Shown here: positions 1-13,741 of the stretch, piece after piece | Position numbering within the stretch: position 1 is the stretch's first letter | Layout of the letters: every line of letters begins with the position of its first letter | Assembly (NCBI RefSeq): GCF_009914755.1 | Contig: NC_060930.1 | Reading direction: 5' to 3' (one strand) | Source of the DNA: the human T2T-CHM13v2.0 reference genome, Homo sapiens | DNA length: 64,000 nucleotides | The notes under the pieces: generated by a model | What the model saw: only the letters and a program-made list of their open reading frames with translations | Told to the model about the DNA's origin: nothing | The model's database searches: none | Translations under genes and position numbers: made by a program

Positions 1-200
1 TTCCATCCATGTATTCATGTTTCCATTTTGTTGGGCTTCATAATTTTTCTCATCAAGAAGTATAATCTATTTATCAATTCCTTTCATCTGGGCTTGGCCC
101 AACAACTTACCTTTCCTAATGCAATTATTAGCAAACAGGACTTAAGCAGAACATTGATAAGTGCTTATACATTTGTGCTTTCTCTGTCATCTAGCACTAA
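1..200 (+). mobile_element. MLT1-family (MaLR) LTR fragment, old
   Basis: ctgggcttggccc...aatgcaattattagcaaacaggacttaagcaga...aagtgctt resembles the MLT1H/I/J core; highly diverged. Confidence 0.5.
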
Positions 201-491
201 GTAATGAAAGTCCCCATTTTTTTTGTGAAATAGAAAGCTCAAGTGCTTCTCTGAGCAGAAGGGTCCTTGAAGTATATTTTTACTGAACTTTTTCCTCTTT
301 CCAACTAGATAAAGCCAAAGGTCAGACAAGGGACCTAAGTTTAAACAGAATCTATCTCCAAGGGATTAAGAATTTGAAACAAATAGCAAAGAAATACAGA
401 ACTAGTTATCTACTTTTTTCCAAGGGTGGAAGAAATGCGAAATACTTGTGTTCTTCTGTTGAGATATTCCTATGTTGGCCAATTCCCAAAT

Positions 492-765
492 CTTTTTAAA
501 GTTTTCAATTTTTAATTTTTGTGGGTATATAGTAAGTATTTATATTTATGGGGTACATGCAATATTTTGATATAGGCATACAATATGTAATAATCACATC
601 AAGGTAAATAGAGTATCCACAGCCTCATGCATTTATCCTTTCTTTGTGTCACTAATAATCCAATTATATACTGTTATTTTAAAATGCACAATAAATTATT
701 GTTGGCTGTAATTACACTGTTATACTTTCAAATACTAGATCTTATTCATTCTAACTATACTTTTA
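492..765 (-). mobile_element. L1MA1-3-type LINE-1 3' end
   Basis: tttttgtgggtatatagtaag...ggggtacatgcaatattttgatataggcatacaatatgtaataatcacatc matches an antisense L1MA 3' UTR. Confidence 0.85.
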
Positions 766-1479
766 GTAGATGCTAGAAAGTGAGAAATCCCCAGCAGAAA
801 AAGGCTGAAATTATGCCTTCATGTACTCAGAAGTTAAGGAAAGAGTTTCACATTACTTGAGTGTAGAAAAATATTTGCTTGAGTCAGGGGAATGCAAGGA
901 GATATGGCTCCATTAGGAAAAGAACAGTTGACAAAAGAGAAGAAACAGCTTTAAAGATCTGCAAGGCTTAGAGGCAGGAAACCACCCAGCTAAGGAAAAG
1001 CTGGCCAGGTCCAATCACCATCTTCTATCAACTCCTTCAACCTTTTTGGAGAGTGAAAAAATAGCCAGCTGGTCAAGGCAGAAGTTAACTGGGACAAAGT
1101 AGTGAGCAGGACTTGGCCCCAAGCAACTTCCCAGCTTGAAGAAGGTCTGAGATGCAAGAGTGTAGACGAATTAATAGTAGGACAAATTTGAAATTTTGTT
1201 TACTAAATGGGATTGAGTATTGTAATTACTGAATTGAGGATTGTTTTTAACTTTAAAGTAAACTCTCAGTTAGCCAAAGATGAGAAGAAAAGCCACTAAA
1301 TCTATCTCAGTTCTTATGTGGAATAAGATTATCCCAGTTGATTAAAATCTAAAGGAATGGCAAAAGGTAAAATTGTGTTAGGAAGAATTATATGCTGTTT
1401 GTTCAACACAACTTATCATTATGATTGTATAACTATAGCTTTTCCTCCAAAATGGAATAATTTTTCCCCCTTAAGAATG

Positions 1480-1529
1480 CTTGGTAATTGTATGTCTTGG
1501 TAATTGTATAAGTCTTTGTAATTGCATAA
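1480..1529. repeat. Three copies of a 16-18 bp tandem unit (cttggtaattgtat..)
   Basis: Units start at 1480, 1496 and 1514. Confidence 0.85.
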
Positions 1530-1654
1530 TTTTGTTTAATAGTAAAACATTTGTGTTATACATTTCTCTCTGAGTACTATAATGAAAAAATGAAAGTAAA
1601 CCACGAGCTTCTCCAATAAATAGATAACATTGTATGCTTGTCATTTGCCTACTT

Positions 1655-2118
1655 ACTAACACATCCACTTCCTTCACCTTCTTGCCCTGCTTCTTCTCTC
1701 AGGAAGCTAACCCAGCAAAAGAAGTATCCCAGGTTCCTTAACTATTTAGATGCTGGGTACAGTTGGCCAATGAGAGGCCTGGTGGAAGACTATAGAGTGA
1801 AAAGAAGGCAGCAACCAGGTTATTTCACCCCCTTTCTCCTTGAATCTGATAGGGGCAGAGTAACCAGCGGAAGCCAAGTCCCCTCCCTGGCTTGAGCTTT
1901 TACTGCATAGGCCCTTTCTACAGTCCCGGTTCCTACTGTTCTATCCCCCTCTGTCATCCCAAACTTTGATAATGCCAAGTTTTCCATTTGGATTGCCTCA
2001 CCATATTATGTTTGGACTTTAACGTTTGAATTTGTAAATAGCTCAATGTGTTATTACCTCTTTATTGAGCTACTTTGCATGAGTTTCATTTGTCTGACTA
2101 GATTCTTATTCCTAACAC
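1655..2118 (+). mobile_element. LTR33-like ERVL LTR
   Basis: ccctgct..aggaagctaacc..gttggccaatgagaggc..ggttatttcaccccc motif order typical of LTR33/LTR16. Confidence 0.6.
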
Positions 2119-2539
2119 CATTGTTACATTCTGAAGACTTGATTTAGCAAATTTATAAACTTGTTCTGTTTTAGTAGCATATTTGGTGGAAATAGTAACT
2201 TATCCTCCCTTGCTTTTTTGAGATTTAGGTAAAGTTGGCCCTGAACTCTAAGACCAGATCCTTTCCCATAAATTCTTCAGATTTGTGGGAGCCCATTTCC
2301 CTATTAGTTCTCATTATAATAAATTTCTAAATTATCTATAAGTCTCTAAAATGTAATCTCTGAAGTGATATGAAAATACACCTGGTTCAGAATATTCAGC
2401 ACCCATACACACACACACACTGTCTCTGTGTGGATGCTATCTGCATTCTCTTTAGGTGTCTGTCTCTGTCTTTGTCATATAACCATCCATGTAACATCAG
2501 TCTTGATATAGATCATTTATATATTTACTCTGTATCCTA

Positions 2540-3070
2540 ATTTTTAGTGCTGTCTATATGATTGTCAAACTCTAAAAAAAAAAAAAGCATGATTGATCTC
2601 CGTCTTTAACGTGGATTTTGTCTAATTCATTTGTTTGTGATGACTTTTGCTGTATATAATGTAATGTGGTACTTGGTAGTAAAAGATCAGAACTATTACA
2701 TAATTTGATAAATTGTAGCTTGTGTCAATGCAGAAACATTTTTGTACCATTTATTCTATATAGAAATTTTGAAATTTATTTTGGCTTAATTAAATATTAG
2801 CAAATCTTACATTTTATATGCACTTATATATTTTGCTCAAACATTTATTTCAAGTAATTTGAGGTCTTTTATTTCACTTCTTTATGTATAGCATTCAAAT
2901 AGAATTTGTTTCTTCACTCAGCATTATGATTTTTTCTATTTATGGGGAAACTAATTTATTCACAATTATTGTGACTGCTAATAATATTGGGTGTTGTTTC
3001 TACCATCAGATTCAATTAGTTTTCTATTTTCAATGTTTTTTGGTTGTCTGACTTTTTCTGGATTAGATGA
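2540..3070 (-). mobile_element. Ancient L1M (ORF2 endonuclease region) fragment
   Basis: atctccgtctttaacgtggattttgtctaattc..ttttgctgtatataat resembles antisense L1 ORF2 5' region. Confidence 0.6.
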
Positions 3071-4399
3071 TTTCATTGCTCCTTTTATTCTTTCTTTTTA
3101 AAATGTTTGGGGTTGAGAAATCATATAGACTCATGCATAATTTAGCAGACTGAAAACATGGTTTTATATTTAATTATATAAACCCTTCATTTCTCCACTG
3201 CTCAACAATTTTATATACATTCAAGAATGCAAAACTTCATCACCTTAAATATCATTTTGTTTATGCTTAGTAGCCTTACTTCATGTGAATATGTGGCAAA
3301 ACATAGACTAACTACAACAGAAGATTATCCTGAAACAACCCTAGAGAAGACGCATTAACGTAGAAGTTAATAAAAATAACCTTATGCACACAAAAAAAGA
3401 CATCATCGTTTTAACAGTAGAAATTCAAGTGACCACCTGGGAACACTGAAAGAAATACAGAGAATTCAGTACAGTCATAAACATTGATTTTGAAAGGAAA
3501 GAAACTGTTTTACTAAATGGCTGTTTAATCAAGTAAAAGCTTAGTATAACAAAAACATAATTTGAGAACTCAAGAGAAATATTACACCCTAACAAAACTC
3601 CATATAGAGACTTTATTTTAAAATATATATTTATTTTAGAAAACACAAAGAAGACAACATTATTCTCTTCTGAGGATGATGTGAGAAGTATCTTATTTCC
3701 AAAAAGATAATAAGTAGTTTCAAGGGAGGAAGACACAGTACCATCATAACTGGCAAATTACAATGCTCAGAGGTCTGTAACAGTCCAGTAAATACCCAAT
3801 TTTCCTTAAAACTTTACTTTGTAAATCCCACGAGCCACTGTGTTTTATGTTCCTTTAACTGTTATCTGAGGAATAAATATAGTAATATTACAATGGAATT
3901 TAGGCTAATTGAGCTCTTTTAGGCCGTAGATGCTCCGTTCTAAATATCTTCAAAACTCAGTATTTGGCACAATGACTGATAGAAAATTAGTGCCAGTTTA
4001 TTAACTAATGATTTAACCTTAGTTTAGGAATACCAAACTAATTTATATATGTTACAATTGATTTTTTAATATCTCATTTCATATTTGAACAAAAATTTTA
4101 AAAACCCTAGTTCAAATGAAAAAAAAAATATGGATCTTCTTAGACAGAAACAGAAAATTCAAGTTAAGTTTAATTGTTAAGAAAGTGAAACTTTACGACT
4201 TTGATTTGCTAGGTAATAGTCACTACATAAATGTACCCATTACAGTTACACATTTACAGATTACAATATTCCATGCTAGGCTAGGTTCCCTTAAATTTTC
4301 AGAAGTTTTTCTAGCACTCTGGGGCATCCCAACATTACCAGATTTCCACTTCTCCTCAAGTATTTAGACCAGTTGAATTCTAATAATATGTTTACTCAT

Positions 4400-4503
4400 C
4401 TTTATTCTCCACTAGAAGATAAGGGCAGGAACCAAGTCATGCTCATGCCTGTATACACAATGCCTGTGATACATTAAACACTAATATACGCTAGCTGAAT
4501 GAG
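4400..4503 (+). mobile_element. L2 3' end fragment
   Basis: ctccactagaagataagggcaggaacc..acaatgcctg..gctgaatga. Confidence 0.6.
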
Positions 4504-5769
4504 ATTTTCCCATTCCTGGTAAGGGAAAAACATTTCGTTATAAGATGACTCAGTCTAACTTGGGGTGTAGAAGTAAATAAAAAGCAGGAATATAAAAGCA
4601 AGCATCCCTTCACTTTGATTTTTGTATTTTTCACTTTCTATTTCATTATTGTGATGTTGGATTCACATCTCATGACTCCTATCATAAGCTGATAAAGAGA
4701 TGCTATGATTATGCAAATCCATCTTTAAAATTAATGGTAAAGTAGACATTAATAAATATTACTAGATTACTACTTTTATTTTATTTGGAATAAATATATT
4801 TTCATCTTTGTGCTATTTACTTGGGTAAAAGAGAAATATTTAGGGCACTTTTAGTTTAAAAAGCTTTGCACCAAGTTTGAACATAAAGTAAGCATTTTCC
4901 ATCAAGTCTCTCCATTGCTCTTGAGGACTCCAGTCTCTCTTTTATTTAGACCTTCTTTTTGTGACTGAGCAGAGCTAAGAATAGAGAGGACATTAGATGC
5001 AAGCGTCTTTGACTTTTTATCACCCACAGGTTGTGTAGGACAATTTTCAAACAGCTCCCTAAGATGCTTCTTCTAGACATTTATGACACTTACACCGTAA
5101 TAAAGTTCAATTTCAGTAATTGAATCTTCCCTAAAGTAAAATCTAACTCATATGGAAACAAAAGATTTAGATGCCATACAACCATAAATGTGGTTATCTT
5201 TTAGCCACATAAAGTTAGAAAGCAAATTCAAGACCATTCATAAGCATTTGATTATGTTGTTTAGCCAACAAAGGATAAAGACTATTCCAGCAGAAGTATA
5301 CCTTAAAACAAATGTCTAAGTGTCTGTTTTCAGTCAGGTCCTATACTCGGTAAACCCAAGCAAAGTTTTCACAAAGTTTCATTCAATGTTGCCTACCTAT
5401 TGCCAATATATTTCTGTAAATTATGTATGAGTCATAAAAACAGAAGTCATAAATAAATCAAAGTCACTCTTGAGTCTAACAATTTAAAAATAAAAATAGC
5501 CCCAGTGAGAAAGTCGACTCTATTTTTCTTTTCTTTTTTTTTTTTTTTTTTTGGTAGGGGGGGTTATGGTCAGTATTTTTAATACAATAGGCATGACTAA
5601 AATGATTTTTTTTTTTACAGAGATTAACACTATTTTAAGCAATTGCTTTTAGTTCAACAGAGCAGCTGCTTCATTGTGCTGTGATAGCTCAAGGTTAATT
5701 GAGCAAATAGTCATTTAATTTGGAGAAAAAATAGTGAAGAAGGGAGGTACAAGAGAAGAAATAGAAACA

Positions 5770-5987
5770 TTGTGTTCTAAGTAGTGCTATATATATTTTA
5801 CATACATCTTTTATAATTTAACTATTCAATACCCTAGTAAGATAGGTATTATAATTCACAATTATATGAGAAAAAAATTTACCAAAAGTTCAAAAATTTA
5901 CTTAAGCTCATGTTGCTAATAAATGACAGCACTCAAATTTGAACTTAGACCTGTATATAAGGCTATCTTTTCTCCATATGTACTGCA
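5770..5987 (-). mobile_element. MIR
   Basis: Antisense MIR core: aagataggtattataattcacaattatatgag..ttacttaagctcatgttgctaataaatgacagcactcaaatttgaacttag. Confidence 0.75.
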
Positions 5988-8209
5988 TTTGTGATATTCT
6001 GTGCAGCACAATATGAAGGTGAATAAATAATGTCTCTACGACTTGGCTTTTAATAAAAAGAAAAATCAGGGTATAGTAATTTGTGTACATAAATCTCCAT
6101 TGAGCAATGGACATTCAGAACAGAGGCATATTGCTTCTTGTAAGGGTAGGTAGGATTTCTCCAGCTGTGAATTTTGTACTTCAAGGAGGACTGGAGGCCT
6201 AGGAAGTGAAACTCCAGCCAGAGAGAAGACATGTAGACAAAGAAAATGTGGTGGAAAAAGCAGAGTGCTAAAGTGATGAAAAGTAGCCAATTTTTATCAT
6301 CCAAAGGATAACGCTGAGAGATATTTTGGGGTGAGGCAACAGAAGATAAGCTTGGGTTTTGGGTGTAAGTGGACACAAACATGGTCAATTCTGAGCTATG
6401 AGAGGTCTAATGTAATGCTTGGGACTGGATCTCAGAGCAATCCCAGCCTGAATGCTTGCTCTGAGTAGGAATCAAGCTTATGGAATCAAGTTTTATCCCT
6501 ACTTTGCTTTTTGACCCCACCTCTGTTTCTTAACTGCCTAAAGCACCTGCTTCTCTTCTTAGGAGGAAGTACAACCCAGCATTGTCCTACATCCATGGAT
6601 CTGAGCAGGACCATCTCTGGACAAGACAGCCAGCTGGCCACCAGCACGCACGGATATATTTTTCTGCCAGTCTGGAGGATGCAGTTGTCTCCTCTGTGCC
6701 AGGTATAGCAAAAGAGTCATGGCCTCCCTTGGTCACAGCTAGTGCTTAGCACAAGCTCCCACTTTTGCATAATAAAGAGAATGTGTATAAAAGCAACTCG
6801 AAACTGTGACACAATGCAAGTTAAAGAAATTGTAATCTTCCCCTGAGAAGATGAATAAATGTAAGGTGAATGAGGCATCTCTGAGAATTTTCTCTTTAGT
6901 TCAAACACTGTCACTAAATTTTGAAAAAGAGTTAAACTCAACCTTTCAAACTATATTTTGAGCACCACTTTTTTTATTAGTTAGTCAATTATGTGTTGGT
7001 TCCTTTTGTTTAAAAACGTAAATAACAAGATAAAGTCAAGGAGTGGTCAGAAGAACCTATAAAATATGAAGAGAAAATAAGTTGTAGTTCTGAACAAAAT
7101 TTAATATTATAAAAATAACAAGAAGCTTCTTGGAGAAAGAAAATTATTTGGTTATAAAGTATATAAAATTTAAGTATATATAGTACACTAAAAGAAAATT
7201 TATAATTATTACAATTTCAGATATGCTAATTTTAATGAAGAAGTCTAAACATGAAATGTGATTTTATACCAATGTACCACATGACTAGGTCAAAGATTCC
7301 ATTCCTGACTCCTGATTCTTTTTAGGAGTCTTGTGAATTATAAAAAGATAAGTAGGTTCATCATTAGTGAAGTGTGGGGATTTAAATCTAATCCAAGGAT
7401 GTTTCAATACTCCCTGTCAGAGGGAAAATAATTTTAGGCTATTATCACGAAGGAACTGCTTTCTATTATATAAAGCTTTACTCTGGTTTTGTTCTAAGTA
7501 GAAAGTATAATCAGTATATTTTTATAAGTGTGCAATCGTCCTTCATGAAGGGGAAGCAAACGTAATTAGTTGTGAATGATTATATAGTGGGGAGAAGCTA
7601 GCCCACAAATAATTCCTTATGTTTTGTTACGGTGCCCCTCACACCCCTTAACTTAATGACCATAGACAGGGCCCATGTATGCAAAGCATACCTATTCACA
7701 AAATCCATTCAAAATAAAAAGCTTTATAGCAATGTACATAGGAACAGATTCAGGTGATGCCACAACAGCCTGAACAATTAAATATTCATCAAAAACTACA
7801 TTAAATATAAGTGCATGTTACTTGAAAAGTTTGTCTGCAAATTTATATGCATTACATGAAAATTTACCATTCTGTTTGTCATTTCAACACCTGCCTTTTC
7901 TGTTTGAACACTTACTGATTCTAGAAAGCAAAACTACGAGGCTTAAATTCCTGGGATTCTACCCTTAATTTTTTAAATTTTCAAACTGCTTAGGAAAACT
8001 GTGTCACCACTCTGCACTGAAAACTTTGTGATTACAGACTTTTGCTGTAATCCCACTCCTCTAAAACTTCCATTTCTGTATACGAAGAAGTCATATAAAT
8101 GTATTAAGTTCGCAGCAGATATTATCATTTAGCAATGTATTCCAGACATTTTGTATCAATACCCATTTAGTGTTCCAAATATTACTTGAGATATTAATAA
8201 CCTAGGTGG

Positions 8210-8402
8210 TTAATTTACTTATGCCAACTACTGTCTAAGTACTTTGGTTGGTTTAATCCTTGTAACAACCTTGTTACAGGAAGGGAGAGGTTAAGTAACC
8301 TACTCAAGGTTACACAGCAATAAAGTAACTTATTGAGCTAGGTTTGGAGTCCAGGCAGTATAGCACTGGAGTCTGAGCTCTTGTTCACCCCACGATGCTG
8401 CT
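8210..8402 (-). mobile_element. MIR
   Basis: gagaggttaagtaacctactcaaggttacacagc..ggtttggagtccaggcagt. Confidence 0.8.
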
Positions 8403-8529
8403 TATGAAAATCAAACAACTCTTTTTAAGTGATTATTGAAAATAAAATGCAAAATCATTAAATGGATCTTTTGAAATGAGAATTTTCCCCCATTTATTCT
8501 ATCATTTGCTCATGTTAGGCTCTCATGGT

Positions 8530-8790
8530 AGCATAAGTGTGGTCTGTACAGAATTCCGAAAGCCAAAGTTCAATCAATAATCTAATCCTGGCTCCCCTAT
8601 CTTTGACTGTGTAAAGTAGGCATTTTTTTCCAATATCACTGAACCTCAGTTTCTCCATTTGTAAAGTGAAAATGATAATCACCAAACCTACTTAGGATTG
8701 CTGTAAGGAGTTTATGAGACAGCATATGTAAACCATTCATTAATGTGGCTAGCAGGTTATTAAATGATTGGTTACCCGATGTATGTTAGT
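8530..8790 (+). mobile_element. MIR
   Basis: ctgaacctcagtttctccatttgtaaagtgaaaatgataat core. Confidence 0.8.
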
Positions 8791-10167
8791 AATTGTCATC
8801 AGGCTTTACAAAACAATAGGCCAACTATGGATTCATCTGACTGTGTTTACTAACTTGCCATTAATGTTAGTTTACCCTAATTATCATAATAAAATAACAG
8901 GGGAATTTTAAATTAAGAAAATGGAATTGTCACCTGTATTATTAAAAATCACTTTAAATTTCAGTACTTACCATATTGTTGCCTCCAACTTAACTGTAAT
9001 AAATATATTAGTCATTATGGTTAGGAGCAGTAATTAGTGCAAAGGCTGTCAAGGTCTTGATCAGAAAACTAGCATGTTGGTGATGATGATTGTAGCAGTG
9101 ACCAGAGCAGGGCAACACTGATTAGCTTATCTCTTACATATTGCATAAGGACATTATAAAAGCAAATGCAATTATTATAAGTGCATTTATAAGTCTGAAA
9201 TGATTAGTGAATAATGAATATAAATTTTGTGCATAAATATATCTTGCACATAAAACCATATCTATAAAGGGAATGCTTAAGCTTGCAAGTATTAAATAAA
9301 AAATAAATTTTTCATATAAATACTCTTCAGGAAAAACACAGGCTTTTAAACATAATTTGATTGGTTCTAATAGAGATTTTTTCTCATTTTCAAAAAGTTA
9401 ATCTAAGAAGAAAGGATCATCCTGAAATCCTGAATCTCATTTTTTTTTTCTTTATAGTTATCATCTTCTGCATTAATCACTAGAGAAGAGCTTTGGAGAC
9501 TGGTAAACTAGTTCATTCTTTTTCACCATGCTGTCTAGCCATTGAGATTTTCCTCTATCAGTTTTATACTTTTGTTAAATAATCATGATACAGGTTTTTC
9601 TTATATTTCCAATCTGGTTGGTAAATAGCCATTCCAGACCTTGTCTAGAGCTGCCTATATGCCTCATTTTTTATTTGTTCTATTTGGCAACATACTCGAC
9701 TTTGGTTCTATAATAATTAAGTGAATTGCTTTCAGAAATAATAGTCTGCAGAACATCACTGCGTGACAAAAGAAGCTTAATTAATTTATGTTTTAAATGC
9801 AGACCTTATTCAGCTAGTATTTTGTTATAATTGTATCTTTCCAAGTCAGCTCCTACTGGAATCAGAATCTTGACTTCTATATAAAGTAGATCCAGGTAAG
9901 ACATCACTCCATATATAGCAATACTTAAAAGGATACTCTAACTTGATTATTAATAAAGATGACAGAAACCATAATTGTAAGTAATTTAGTAGACAACATG
10001 CAATAAGAATTAATTTTACTTTATAATATAGTCACTTAAGCAGTGAAATTCAACAAAATATGAATCTTGCATTAATGTTTCTTCACTGAGTAATGGTGAA
10101 ACCTTGAGCTGAAGAGGCTGTATCACGAAGGGAAAGTTCTTCAGCATACTAACAAGAAAAGCTTTGA

Positions 10168-11838
10168 AACAAACAAACAAACAAAAAAGCTAGGAATATA
10201 TTTAACCAAGGAGGTGAAACATTTCTGTAAGAACTACAACACATTGATGAAAGATACCCTAATTGACACAATTTCTATCAAATTGCCAAGACAGTTTTTT
10301 ACCTAATTAGAAAAAACAATACTAAAATTCATATAGAATCAAAAAAGAGCTCAAATTGCCAAAGCAATCGTAAGCAAAAAGAAGGAAGCTGAAATCATCA
10401 CATTCACGTGACTTAAAATCACACTACAAGGCTACAGTAACCAGAACAGCATCGTACTGGTATAAAAAACCACATATAGATAAATGAAACCGAATAGAGG
10501 ACCCAGAAATAACGTATACTTACAGCAAACTGACCTTTAACAATGTCACAAGAATATACACATGAGAAAGGACATGCTTTTCGATAAATAACATTAGAAT
10601 ATTGGATTGCCATATGCAGAAGAATGAAACTGGATCTCTCTCACCATATAGAAAAATCAACTCAAGATGGAGTAAACACTTAAATGTAAGACCTGAAACT
10701 ATAAGAATACTAGAAGAAAACCAAGGGAAAACTCTTCTGAACATTGATCTAGGCAAATAATTCCTGACCAAGACCTCAAAAGCACAGGCAACAAAGCAAA
10801 AATAGACAAATTGGACTTAATTAAACTAAAAATCTTGGACATCACAAAAGAAATATCAGAGTGAACAGACAACCCACAGAATGGAAGAAAATATTTGCAA
10901 CCTATGCATTCGACAGGGGACTAATATCCAGAATTTACAGGGAATTCAAACAATTCAACAACAACAAAATACAAATAATCCCATTAAAAGTGTACAAAGG
11001 ACATGACAGACATTCTTCAAAAGAAGATAGACAAATGGCCAACAGGCATATGAAAAAATGTTCATTATCACTAATCATCAAAGAAATGCAAATTAAAACC
11101 TCAATGACATATCATCTTACCCCTATGCAGAATCTCATTATTAAAACTACAAAAAATAACAGATGTTGGTGAGGAACTGGAGAAAATTTAGAACTTACAC
11201 TGTTGGTGGGAATATAAATTAACCTCTATGGAAAACTGAATGGAGATTTATCAAACAACTAAAAATAAAGTTACCATTTGATTCAGCAATTCCACTACTG
11301 GGTATTTACCCAAAGGAAGGAAAAGAAATCATTGTACTAAAAAGATAACTGCACTCATATGTTTATCACAGCACTATTCGCAATAGCAAAAATATAGAAT
11401 CAACCAAAGTGTCCATCAACAGAAGACTGGATAAAGAAAATGTGATATATATACACAATAAAATACTACTCGGCCATAAAAAAGAATAAAATTGTGTCTT
11501 TTGCTGCAACATGGATGGAACTGGAGGCCATGATCTTCAGTGAAACAACTCAGAAACAGAAATAAAAATACTGCATGTTCTCACTTATAAGTGGGAGCTA
11601 AATAATGTGTGTACATGAACATAGAGCATGGGAGGATAGACAAAAGACCTCAAAGGACAGGGGAGTGGGAGAGGAATTGGTGGGGGTAATAAATTAATGG
11701 GTACAATATGCATTATTCAGGTTATGAATACACTAAACGCCCTGACTTCACCATTATGTAACTTATTCATGTAACAAAATTATACTTGTATTCCTTAAAT
11801 TTATACAAATATAAAACAAAGATAATTTTTTTAAAAAA
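10168..11838 (+). mobile_element. L1PB4-type LINE-1, 5'-truncated (ORF2 C-terminal part, 3' UTR, A tail)
   Basis: ORF 10861-11172 [32 protein letters not shown] is the L1 ORF2 C-terminus; 3' UTR gggagctaaataatgtg..ccctgacttcacca..gtaacaaaattatacttg; internal deletion near 10270. Confidence 0.92.
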
Positions 11839-11869
11839 GAATAGGAATTTTCTTTTTCTTTGCTAGAAT

Positions 11870-12052
11870 GATCAGTCAGTTCCTTGGTTATGTTACTTGC
11901 CATCTCTCAAACTCTTACTTTTCTAATTTATAAGGTGTGAATAAAAGCAACCTTTCCATACAAATGCAATGAGCAATTGGTCAGCTAATGTAAGAATAGA
12001 AAATAGTAGAGGGTCTGGCATATAATCAGCGCTCAATACATTCTAAATGCTG
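11870..12052 (+). mobile_element. MIR
   Basis: ccttggttatgttacttgccatctc..tctggcatataatcagcgctcaatacat; 16-bp duplication ctcaatacattctaaa at its end. Confidence 0.65.
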
Positions 12053-13741
12053 TTCTCAATACATTCTAAACACTAGGAATCTTGCCTATGCAGTTGCAAT
12101 CTGAATTTGTCTATTTCTGGGTTTGGCTGATTTTCTTCAGTGATCTATTGCTTGTACTTGGATATACATCCCTCCTCCTTGTTAATTCTACTGAATTCCC
12201 AATCTTTCATCTGCAATTGCTGAAAGTTCAGACTTTCCACTAATCACCAACTGATTTCTAAGATTTCTTTTAAAATTTAAAATTTCTTTTAAAATTTCCT
12301 GGAAAAAAAATCCCACTACCAGTGTTACTAATAAGCAGGGTATGAAATCTTCTGTGAGATCCTTGAGGTCTTTCTGTCTTTCATTCATCACAGTTCATGA
12401 ATCTTGCTCTTGGGTCTTTGGCCTTTCCTCTCTGTAGTTTGTCCTGTGTGTTGGAGACAGGAATGTGAGATGCCATTTCCAGTTGTTTTGTTTTTATTGT
12501 TTTAATTCATGTTTTCTTATTGAATTTAAGAAAACGTTAACAGATAAACAAATTCCATAATATTTCCTGTGAAACTTTACTAACATGTTTCTTTTTCTAG
12601 CTATAATCAATGATATAATTTTACCATTTTATAAAACGAGACATCTTTAAAAAGGACTACAGAACTGCACTTTTTATACCTATCATTGCAAAGTTTTTCC
12701 AGTATAGCGACCATTAAAATGTATTTGTTTTATTCTCCATTTTTTCTACAAAAAGTTTAATGGTGCTATTTGAATACAAATAAATTTATTTCTTTTTAAG
12801 CATTAACTGGGTTAAACTCATTCTGTGTTTTGACTGAAATTTTAGCTAACATCCTAATAACACGTTGAACATAATCTGTATTACAATAAATAAATGCAAA
12901 AATTTTACTGACAAATAACTATACTCCATCAAAATAAGAAAATAGAATAGTAGACCTTCTTAATCATAGTATAAAGTTAAAATTCTTACAAAATTATGAG
13001 GAGTGAAAGAAGAATGCCTAAATCATTTAAAAATTGAAACTATCATGACTTGATAATGGATTTGGTAAATATATTGTTCAATCTAAGAATAAAATACAAA
13101 AATGGAAGAAATTTTAACTAATATTCAAGAAATTAAATTTCTGAATAACGTGTACATGTACATTTTATTCTACTCATGTTAATCAAAAAGTATGCATAAT
13201 TAATTTTTGACAATCATAACTGTTATAATGCATAATTTAAGCACTGTCAATTCACTTACATCAGCCATTCATTCAGATCATTTAAAATGCCAATTCACGT
13301 TTTAAATACTTCATTCCATTTTATTTCATGATATTTCAAAAGTTCAAAATTGACCCTTGGCAACAGTGGACTCTTTTTTGGAAGGTATACATTAAAATAT
13401 TCTGTGAGTTAAACATTGGTAAATATTTTTTGTCAGTCTTGGGAGTTCTGGCTAAGTGGATAATAAGAAAAAATTCAAGGGATTGAATCTTCATGAAATG
13501 TTAATGTTAAAACATTTCTTGAGAGAAAAAATATAATTCAAAAAATATTGTGTAAACTTCTCTGCCTTAGTAAACACAACACGTTTTGGCCAAAGGGCAT
13601 CATAATAAGTATCAATTTTTGTTCTGTGGTGCTTGATCTTTGTTCTGTTGAACTTACGGCAGACTAAATATTAGCTCCATAAGATAGGTGAAACTTGTTA
13701 TATTGAGAAAGTCTCAGATTTCAAGTTTTTGTTTCCATTTA

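Noticed and set aside
770-1410. Possible old ERV LTR (LTR78-like)
   Set aside because: LTR-like composition, but I cannot match it confidently to a consensus; needs a Dfam search.
3400-3790. Possible HAL1/L1 ORF1 relic
   Set aside because: Only faint similarity from memory; not supportable.
5522-5552. Orphan poly(T) as a solo retrotransposon tail
   Set aside because: No TSD or element body visible.
9846-9901. Possible exon ending in CAG/GTAAGA
   Set aside because: Stops in all three frames and a weak acceptor; cannot be supported without transcript data.
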